Below, one piece after another: positions 6,056 to 12,589 of a stretch of 12,589 nt of DNA. Numbering within the stretch: the stretch's first letter is position 1; each line of letters opens with the position of its first letter. The translations under genes and the position numbers were made by a program. The notes beneath the pieces are model-generated. The model had not been told where the DNA came from. It saw only the letters and a list, made by a program, of their open reading frames with translations, and did not search any database. The stretch is from a bacterium (GTDB lineage: Bacteria; Zhuqueibacterota; Zhuqueibacteria; Oceanimicrobiales; Oceanimicrobiaceae), in the NCBI GenBank assembly GCA_046757525.1, contig JBHHYI010000121.1:1-12589 (forward strand), written 5' to 3'.

Positions 6056-8332
6056 ATGAAATCAAGGCGCACATTCAAGTTAGTTCTGTGGTCCCTTTTG
6101 TGTTTCCCATTGATCTTGTTGGCGTGTAATGGTGCAAAAATCGCCGTAACGCTCAAGCCGCCGCAAGCAATAGAGCCTTCCGGCGCGTTCCTGGCCGGCG
6201 CTGCCAAAGTCGACATCACGCCGCCACCCGGCTACGCCATGGGGGCGTTTGCAATTGCGGGCAAATTCTCGCACGGTTGGTGGACGCAGCTCTACGCCAG
6301 GTCGATCTATCTCGAAGACAGCGAGGGCCATCGAGTCGCTTTGGTTTCTTGCGACTTGTGGGCTATGCCGGCAGGGTTGGCCGATAAAGTGGCAGAAATT
6401 GTCAGCGAGCGAATTGACGGTGCCCGGGCAGATTCTTCCTATCTTGGTAGAGAGCAAATCATCATTGCGGCCACGCACACCCACCATGGTCCAGCCAATT
6501 TTTCCAGCTCAGAGGCGTACAATGCTGCCGCTTCGCCCCAAAGCGGGTTTGACGAGTCATTACTTCAATTTCTCGCCAACCGCATCGCCCTGGCAATCAC
6601 CCGGGCCATAGAGTCAAAAAAGCCGGCAGTGGTGAAAAAGGCTGCCGTCGATCTGACCGGACTCTCACGCAATCGCAGCTTCGCCGCCTTTGAACGGAAT
6701 CCGCACGCAGAGCAGCAGGAGATATTGGGCCGTGTCCCTGTCGAGATTGCCAACACGCTTTTTGACGATAATGTGCTTTCTGTGGTCCCCTCAGCAGGAG
6801 CCTACCGCGCCATCGACCCTACCCTGACGATTCTCAAAGTTGAAACCGCGGAAAAAGCTCCCATGGCCGTGGCTGCTTTTTTTGCCGTGCATCCTAACGT
6901 CATGGGGCCCAAAACAGAGGTGTACAGCAGCGACATTTTTGGAGTGGCTTCTACGCTGGTCGAACACCATCTGAGAAGCGAATTCCCAAATGAGAATAGC
7001 GTGGTCGCCATCTTCAACGGTGCCGAAGGAGATGTTTCAGCTAATTGGAAGCAGCAGGACAGGCAGAATACGCTTAAAATCGGCCGGGAGCTCGCCGAAG
7101 GCATTATTTTGGCGCTGGCCTCTGCCACCGAAACCGTAAGCGGTGAGATCGAGTATCGCTACAAAACCGTAGGCATAGCAGATAAAGTCGTGGAAGACCT
7201 CCACGCCGACGCAACCGCCTTGTGCCAATCTAAAGGTCCCCTGCGTACAGCAAAAAAACCCTACCCAGGTGTTGCTACCCTGGGCGGGGCTGAAGAGGGA
7301 CGTACATTGTTCTACGGTTTAGGATTCCGGGAAGGCTTCACCTCGGCAAGCTGCAATTCCCGGCAAGGCTATAAACTGTTTTCTGTAGAGAAACTGCTCG
7401 ATAATGTGCTTCCCAAGGACCAGAAACCGCTGTTGCGCGACCTGGTTTCCGATATTGTCAAGGAAAATGTGAAATTGCCCAAGGAAATCCCTTTGGCCGT
7501 CTACTCAATTGGCGCAGTCCGGTTGGCAACACTGCCCGGTGAATTTACCGTAGCGCTTGGTCGCCGGATGACTCGAAGCCTGAGTGCAACCCTCCGCGTT
7601 CCAGAAGAAGACCTTCTATTAATCGGTCTTGCCAATGAATACCTGTCCTACTTTACCACACCGCTTGAATACAATGCTCAGCACTACGAAGGGGCTTCCA
7701 CCATGTACGGACAGGTCGCCGGGCTCTTTGTGGAACAGGAGCTTCTCCGCGTCGCCCAAATGAACAAGAACACGGCGGATTATAATTTGAAAAGAAGTTA
7801 TGACGCCGGACCGGCGGCCCCTAAAGGATTTGGAACAATCAGCACGCGCGAGCCCTGGGTATTTGCCGAAGCATTGGAGAATTTGCTGCAAGACCCAACA
7901 ACCGGCAAGGGCGAACGCAATTTCCCTCAGTTCGTCTGGTGGTACAGGCCAGTTCTCCTCGGGGACGAAAGGGAGCAGGAGGCCACCACCGCAGCGCAGA
8001 GAGTGAACCCGGTGGTGAGCATTGAACAGCTCACGGACAAGGGTTGGGAACTGTTAAAAGTCGCGGACGGGGAACCCTCCGGGGGCCACAAAATCACACT
8101 GGTCGAATCAGATACTTCCAGTCTAAATTTTGTGACGGTCATCGATTCGGTGACCAACGACTCTGCACGCTGGCGCTCGGTATGGCTGGCACCCGCAACC
8201 ATAAACCCGGCGCTCACCGTCCGGTTCAATGTAAGCACGCCAGAGCAAAAACAGATCCATTCGGAAGCGTTTCAGATAGAATCAGTCTTACAGCAAAAAC
8301 AGGCCGCGCACCCCATCATGACGGCCAAATGA
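6056..8332 (+). CDS. Neutral/alkaline ceramidase family protein, predicted lipoprotein (about 758 aa)
   Basis: GAAKVDITPP, LYARS, ATHTHHGP (HTHHGP 6476-6493), RNRS, FAVHP, NGAEGDVS, PGEFT, GLANEYLSY, YEGAST in the canonical order. ATG 6056 gives MKSRR + hydrophobic stretch + LLA-C lipobox; purine-rich AAAGGATGGA upstream; avoids overlap with the previous gene. Confidence 0.88.
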   Translation: MKSRRTFKLVLWSLLCFPLILLACNGAKIAVTLKPPQAIEPSGAFLAGAAKVDITPPPGYAMGAFAIAGKFSHGWWTQLYARSIYLEDSEGHRVALVSCDLWAMPAGLADKVAEIVSERIDGARADSSYLGREQIIIAATHTHHGPANFSSSEAYNAAASPQSGFDESLLQFLANRIALAITRAIESKKPAVVKKAAVDLTGLSRNRSFAAFERNPHAEQQEILGRVPVEIANTLFDDNVLSVVPSAGAYRAIDPTLTILKVETAEKAPMAVAAFFAVHPNVMGPKTEVYSSDIFGVASTLVEHHLRSEFPNENSVVAIFNGAEGDVSANWKQQDRQNTLKIGRELAEGIILALASATETVSGEIEYRYKTVGIADKVVEDLHADATALCQSKGPLRTAKKPYPGVATLGGAEEGRTLFYGLGFREGFTSASCNSRQGYKLFSVEKLLDNVLPKDQKPLLRDLVSDIVKENVKLPKEIPLAVYSIGAVRLATLPGEFTVALGRRMTRSLSATLRVPEEDLLLIGLANEYLSYFTTPLEYNAQHYEGASTMYGQVAGLFVEQELLRVAQMNKNTADYNLKRSYDAGPAAPKGFGTISTREPWVFAEALENLLQDPTTGKGERNFPQFVWWYRPVLLGDEREQEATTAAQRVNPVVSIEQLTDKGWELLKVADGEPSGGHKITLVESDTSSLNFVTVIDSVTNDSARWRSVWLAPATINPALTVRFNVSTPEQKQIHSEAFQIESVLQQKQAAHPIMTAK

Positions 8333-8373
8333 ACTGCGGCAGAACCCCTGCGGCTCTGGCCGACCCCAGGCCT

Positions 8374-8802
8374 TTAATATTCTTTGAAGAGAGTTGATTT
8401 TCGTTTGCCAACAAGGAAAGTGCGTGCTTTTTTGAAGGACAAGAAGATTCCCAAGCCGACCGTCACGCCAGCACTGTCAGCCAGCAAATCGCTCCATTCG
8501 GAAAACCGGCCGGCCACAAAAAGTTGATGGAATTCGTCTGAAGCGGCATACAGGACCCCCAGAGAGACCGTGATCATGCACAGTCGCAAACACGCTTTCT
8601 GAGGGGTTTTGATGACGGCACGGGAAAGCAAGAAGCCAAAAGCGCAATACTCCAGGAAATGCAGAATCAAGTCGTCGAATTCCAAGACGACACTCGGAAG
8701 GTCCGAGGAGGGTAAGGAGGAACCCACAAAAATCAGCAGTGCCCAAATACCAGCAGGCAAGTAGTATCTAATAAAAATCCGCACCCTGTGACTTTTCTTC
8801 AA
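8374..8802 (-). CDS. VanZ family membrane protein
   Basis: Small hydrophobic protein with WALLIFVGSS, DLILHFLEY, YAASDEFHQLFVAGR and DLLAD motifs. Start is TTG 8802 or GTG 8784; both overlap the nnr stop. Confidence 0.88.
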   Translation of the reverse strand: MKKSHRVRIFIRYYLPAGIWALLIFVGSSLPSSDLPSVVLEFDDLILHFLEYCAFGFLLSRAVIKTPQKACLRLCMITVSLGVLYAASDEFHQLFVAGRFSEWSDLLADSAGVTVGLGIFLSFKKARTFLVGKRKSTLFKEY

Positions 8803-10372
8803 ATTCTTTCAACACCAGCGGCAACTCATTCAATACGTCGCCAGCTATTAGTCCAGCTTCTCCCAACTTTGCTCTTGCAAAGTCTCCTGCCATGCCGTGC
8901 ACAAAGACGCCGGCCAGAGCAGCGTTCAACGGCGACAGGCCCTGGGCTGCCAGGCCAGCAATTACGCCCGTAAGCACATCTCCCATCCCGGCCGTTGCCA
9001 TGCCGGGATTGCCGGTGGCATTGACGAACACGAAACCATCCGGGGAGGCAACGACTGTCGGTGCGCCTTTAAGCACTAGCACAACACTTAACTTCTGAGC
9101 TGCGGCGCGGGCGACTTCCATAGGATTCGCCAGAATTTCCTTCACCGTCGTCCCAATCAGTCGGGCCAATTCACCCGGGTGCGGCGTGAGGATGAGCTGC
9201 CCTTTGGCCCGGCTGAGAAATTTGGCCTGACCTGCCAGACAATTGATTGCGTCGGCGTCCAAAACCATGGGTTTGTCGGTCTTCTCCAGAAGCCACTTTA
9301 CAAGCCTGGTGGTTTCATCATGAGTTGTGAGGCCTGGACCCAAGGCCAGTACATCAGCCCAGGGTAGTTTTTCAGCGATCTCCTTTCTTGCGTCAAAAGA
9401 TAAGCTCTGGCAGTCGGTCTCAGGCAATGGCAGGCTCATGACCTCGGTCAGCTTCTGTTCAAGGATGGCGTTCAAGCTCTTAGGAATTCCCAGGATTGCC
9501 ATGCCGGTGCCAACACGGAGCGTCACCTCTGCACTCAAAGCAGCCGCTCCGGTCAAGCCCACTGAACCGGCCAGCAGAATTACTTGACCGCAGCGGTTCT
9601 TAAACACATCGGGACGCCGCCGTGGGAGCACGCTCTGAATGTACCGGTCGGACAGTTGAAAGCACTTTACGCCGCTTTTTTCAGAGACCACCGCTGGAAT
9701 TCCAATATCTGCCACCACCACCTTACCGGCGTGCTCCCTACCAGGCGAAAAAAGCAAACCCCTCTTGATTTGCCCCATCGTCACTGTGACATTGGCAAAA
9801 ACGCATGCTCCGGCTACCGCGCCGGTATCGGAATCCATTCCAGTGGGCAGGTCAATGGCTATGGTAGGGATGGCGTTCCCGTTCAACCAATCGACGATGC
9901 TGGCGTACACACCCCGTAGCGGCCCTTTGGCCCCGGTTCCCAACATAGCGTCGACGACCAACTGTGCTCCCAAATCGGCCTGATTGTGCTCCCAATTTAG
10001 GCACGGGAGCACCTTTACTCCTGCTAACTCCAGAATATTCAAATATGCTGCTGCATCACCTTTGACCGCATCGTGCTCCCCGATTAAAAAAACTTCGGCT
10101 TGTGCTCCCATTTCATGCAGGTGCCGTGCCACCACAAATCCGTCACCGCCATTGTTTCCTTTGCCGCAAAATATCAGGACTTTTTTACCCGCCACACTTC
10201 CCAACAGATGCATCGATTCCGCAACGACTTTGCGCCCGGCGTTCTCCATTAAAACCATGCCCGGAATGCCGATCTCCTCGATGGTCTTGCGGTCCATTTC
10301 TGCCATTTCTTTGGCAGTGACCACCAGAGGCAAATATTTGTAATAGTCCGAATTCAATTCATTCGTCCTCAA
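8768..10372 (-). CDS. nnr: Bifunctional NAD(P)H-hydrate epimerase/dehydratase (YjeF/Nnr)
   Basis: YjeF_N motifs LMENAG, GKGNNGGDG, DAMLGTG, DLPTG, DIGIP; dehydratase motifs GAAAL, GPGL, DADA, TPHPGE, LKG, GNPGMATAGMGDVLTG. Alternative start TTG 10333. Confidence 0.95.
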   Translation of the reverse strand: MRTNELNSDYYKYLPLVVTAKEMAEMDRKTIEEIGIPGMVLMENAGRKVVAESMHLLGSVAGKKVLIFCGKGNNGGDGFVVARHLHEMGAQAEVFLIGEHDAVKGDAAAYLNILELAGVKVLPCLNWEHNQADLGAQLVVDAMLGTGAKGPLRGVYASIVDWLNGNAIPTIAIDLPTGMDSDTGAVAGACVFANVTVTMGQIKRGLLFSPGREHAGKVVVADIGIPAVVSEKSGVKCFQLSDRYIQSVLPRRRPDVFKNRCGQVILLAGSVGLTGAAALSAEVTLRVGTGMAILGIPKSLNAILEQKLTEVMSLPLPETDCQSLSFDARKEIAEKLPWADVLALGPGLTTHDETTRLVKWLLEKTDKPMVLDADAINCLAGQAKFLSRAKGQLILTPHPGELARLIGTTVKEILANPMEVARAAAQKLSVVLVLKGAPTVVASPDGFVFVNATGNPGMATAGMGDVLTGVIAGLAAQGLSPLNAALAGVFVHGMAGDFARAKLGEAGLIAGDVLNELPLVLKEFEEKSQGADFY

Positions 10373-10730
10373 CGGTTACCACAGCGGCTGCCTGACGCCT
10401 GGTGTGGGAGAGACTGAGCAAAACGTGTTTGTTTGCCACCAGGCCTTGTGTAATGCCACCAACTTTGAAAGAGGGCTGGCCGGAGGGTGCACGACAGATT
10501 TCCACATCTGTCCATCGAAAATGTTTGCACCATCCGTGTCCCAGCGCCTTGGCCAGAGCTTCTTTGGCCGCGAAGCGCGCAGCAAAGCACTCGGCACCAT
10601 TGTGCTTGCCGGCACAATAATCGATTTCATTCTGAGTGAAAAGCTTTGAGGTGAACTTCGCGCCCCACACTTGAATCAATTTGTCGATTCGCTTTACGTC
10701 GACTAAATCTATGCCAATGCCGAGAACCAA
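10359..10730 (-). CDS. acpS: Holo-[acyl-carrier-protein] synthase
   Basis: GIGIDLV, FTQNEIDYC, AARFAAKEA, SGQP, SLSHT; 123 aa; TTG start; lies directly upstream of nnr with a 14-nt overlap. Confidence 0.95.
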   Translation of the reverse strand: MVLGIGIDLVDVKRIDKLIQVWGAKFTSKLFTQNEIDYCAGKHNGAECFAARFAAKEALAKALGHGWCKHFRWTDVEICRAPSGQPSFKVGGITQGLVANKHVLLSLSHTRRQAAAVVTVEDE

Positions 10731-10772
10731 ACGCCCAACCCGCTGTTTGAGTACTGTTCCAATTCAGCATTT

Positions 10773-10801
10773 AAAATAAAACTATTGTCGTAGAGTTGCA
10801 A
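10773..10801 (-). promoter_or_regulatory. Putative sigma70 promoter for acpS-nnr-VanZ family operon
   Basis: Minus strand TTGCAA (10801-10796), 17-nt spacer, TATTTT (10778-10773), about 40 nt upstream of the acpS start. Confidence 0.5.
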
Positions 10802-10812
10802 ACATTTTCTAC

Positions 10813-10841
10813 TTGACACTTTACTTTTTTTAATGTAATTT
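10813..10841 (+). promoter_or_regulatory. Putative sigma70 promoter for the ECF sigma gene
   Basis: Consensus TTGACA (10813-10818), 17-nt spacer, TAATTT (10836-10841). Confidence 0.65.
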
Positions 10842-10878
10842 TTCGAAATTGCTAAAGTTGCCACCTTCGGAAGAAGAT

Positions 10879-11451
10879 GTGAAAAATACGAGCTCCAAAC
10901 TAATCAAGAAAGCAATTGAAGGGGATGAAACTGCTTACAAAGAGCTCTTAGACAATTATCGCGGCGCCATTTTTAACCTGCTTTACAAGATGGTGCGAAA
11001 CCGGGAAGAAACAGAGGACCTGGTACAAGAAGCCTTCATGAAAGCATTCAAGGCTCTCCCCTCCTTCAATGAAGAATACGCCTTTTCAACCTGGCTGTAC
11101 AAAATCGCCATCAACAATTGCATCGACCATATCAGGAAAAAAAGGTTAAAAACGTATTCAATCGACAAACCGGTGTCGGCAAAGGATGGCGAATTAGGAC
11201 GCGAATTTCCAGACACATCGATGAGTCCCGACAAAGATTTGCTGTCGGAAGAGAAAAGCAATATCATCGAAGCGGCTATTGGCGAATTGCCCAAAAACTA
11301 CAAAACCGTCATCGTCCTGCGCCATGCTGAAGAAAAGTCTTACGAGGAAATTGCTGAAATTTTAAACATTCCGCTGGGAACTGTCAAGGCGCGCATTTTT
11401 CGTGCAAGAGAAATGCTTAAGAAGAAGCTAAAAGGTACGTTGCTGCCTTAG
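10879..11451 (+). CDS. ECF-type RNA polymerase sigma-70 factor (SigW/RpoE-like)
   Basis: Region 2 EDLVQEAFMKAF, FSTWLYKIAINNCIDHIRK; region 4 SYEEIAEILNIPLGTVKARIFRAR. GTG 10879 preferred (purine-rich GGAAGAAGA upstream; TTG 10849 would coincide with the predicted transcription start). Confidence 0.93.
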   Translation: MKNTSSKLIKKAIEGDETAYKELLDNYRGAIFNLLYKMVRNREETEDLVQEAFMKAFKALPSFNEEYAFSTWLYKIAINNCIDHIRKKRLKTYSIDKPVSAKDGELGREFPDTSMSPDKDLLSEEKSNIIEAAIGELPKNYKTVIVLRHAEEKSYEEIAEILNIPLGTVKARIFRAREMLKKKLKGTLLP

Positions 11452-11458
11452 CGGGTCC

Positions 11459-12391
11459 TTAAGCAACGCCCCCTCTGGTCAAATAATCCAGAATCAAACC
11501 AAATCGTATGCCGCGGTCGCTGACCGTCACCTCCTGGAAACCGAGGCCTCCGGCACTCTCCAGTAAAATGACAGCGCCCGCGAGAATCACATCCGCTCTT
11601 TTCGGGTGCAATCCAACGATCTTTTTCCTCTCTGCCAGGGTTTTGATTTTCAATTCGTCGACAATGGCACGGATTTGATCCAGGGATAATCTGTCGCCGT
11701 CGATCACCTCCGGTTGGTAATTCGCCATTTTAGCCTGAATAGCGGCCAAAGTTGTCACGGTCCCGGCCACACCGACGAGATGCCTCTTGTTTGAACAGGC
11801 GCTCCGGTGCAACTTCTCCAAGCCTTCAGCGACCGACTCTCGGATCCTTCCAAATTCCTCCTCTGAGATGGGATCGTGTCGCACAAAGCGTTCGGTGAGG
11901 CGCACGGAGCCTAAATCCAGGCTTTGAGCAAATTCTATCTGGTCCCGATCGCCGAAAATAAATTCCGTACTGCCGCCGCCAATATCGATCACCACAACAC
12001 CACCTTTCAGGTAGCTTTTATTAGACAACGCACCGAGATGGGTAAGCCGAGCTTCTTGCTTGCCGGTCAATATTTGCAATTCCAGGTTCAACTCATTTTT
12101 GATTCGAGAGACAAAATCGTTGCGATTCTTTGCGTCGCGAACGGCACTGGTGCCGGCTGCAAGAATCTGTTCTGCGTTCAACTCCCTGGCCAGAAGACGA
12201 TATTCCCTCAACGCCTGCAGCGTCCGGGACATGGCCTCTGGTTGCAAACGACCTCGCTGATCCACACCCTGGCCCAGGCGCACAATGGTCTCCTTTTGTA
12301 GCACAGGCTTCAGGTGGCCCCGTGCGTCTATTTCTGCAACCAACAGCAGAGCGGTATTGGTGCCAATGTCAATCGCGGCTATTTTTTTCAT
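11459..12391 (-). CDS. ppx: Ppx/GppA family phosphatase (exopolyphosphatase-like), short form without C-terminal HD domain
   Basis: AAIDIGTNT, VRLGQG, TSAVRDAKN, EARLT, IDIGGGSTE, GSVRLTE, GVAGTVTT, RADVILAG, GIRFG; 310 aa. Ppx versus GppA specificity cannot be read from the sequence. Confidence 0.92.
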   Translation of the reverse strand: MKKIAAIDIGTNTALLLVAEIDARGHLKPVLQKETIVRLGQGVDQRGRLQPEAMSRTLQALREYRLLARELNAEQILAAGTSAVRDAKNRNDFVSRIKNELNLELQILTGKQEARLTHLGALSNKSYLKGGVVVIDIGGGSTEFIFGDRDQIEFAQSLDLGSVRLTERFVRHDPISEEEFGRIRESVAEGLEKLHRSACSNKRHLVGVAGTVTTLAAIQAKMANYQPEVIDGDRLSLDQIRAIVDELKIKTLAERKKIVGLHPKRADVILAGAVILLESAGGLGFQEVTVSDRGIRFGLILDYLTRGGVA

Positions 12392-12445
12392 AATGGATTA
12401 TTTAATCCCAAGTCCTTAGACTATTAATGACTCTGCTGAAAAAAT

Positions 12446-12543
12446 AACCTTGCGAAGGTTTCAGGCGAATAATACACCATCATATAGTATACAAAGTATT
12501 TGTTAACACACCAGACTGTGTCTTCAAAAACCTTCGCAAGGTT
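12446..12543. repeat. Pair of inverted 16-bp REP-like palindromic units
   Basis: AACCTTGCGAAGGTTT (12446-12461) is the exact reverse complement of AAACCTTCGCAAGGTT (12528-12543); each unit is itself a 6-bp hairpin with a 3-nt loop; 66-nt spacer. Confidence 0.75.
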
Positions 12544-12556
12544 CGTTTGGACTAAC

Positions 12557-12575
12557 GACAAACGAGACGTTTGTC
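12557..12575. repeat. Perfect 8-bp hairpin, REP-like
   Basis: GACAAACG-AGA-CGTTTGTC; on the minus strand it is preceded by GTAA, close to the GTAG tetranucleotide found at the base of many REPs. Confidence 0.55.
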
Positions 12576-12589
12576 TTACTGAACACCGC

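Noticed and set aside
8374..8802. Glycopeptide resistance locus
   Set aside because: VanZ-like proteins are widespread and no vanHAX, vanY or vanRS genes are present.
12446..12589. CRISPR array or IS end
   Set aside because: Only two units, in inverted rather than direct orientation, too short for CRISPR repeats, and no cas or transposase gene in the window.

Overview
Bacterial genomic window in two parts. Left (288-8332, all + strand) is an accessory cluster: a purple-acid-phosphatase-type metallophosphoesterase, an acidic lipoprotein with a C2-like Ca2+-binding motif, two tandem but very divergent FAD-linked oxidases of the aldonolactone-oxidase (VAO/PCMH, ALO) family, and a lipoprotein of the neutral/alkaline ceramidase family. 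The same spaced palindrome (CTTTACTAA-N11-TYAGTAAA) lies about 160-180 nt upstream of both the phosphoesterase gene and the oxidase-oxidase-ceramidase run. I infer a co-regulated, possibly undescribed sphingolipid/membrane-lipid degradation system. Right (8374-12391) is housekeeping-like: acpS-nnr-VanZ-family on the - strand, a divergently transcribed ECF sigma factor with no adjacent anti-sigma, and a short-form Ppx/GppA phosphatase, followed by REP-like hairpins. All calls come from motif recognition by eye; no searches were run. No rRNA, tRNA, CRISPR array or transposase was seen.
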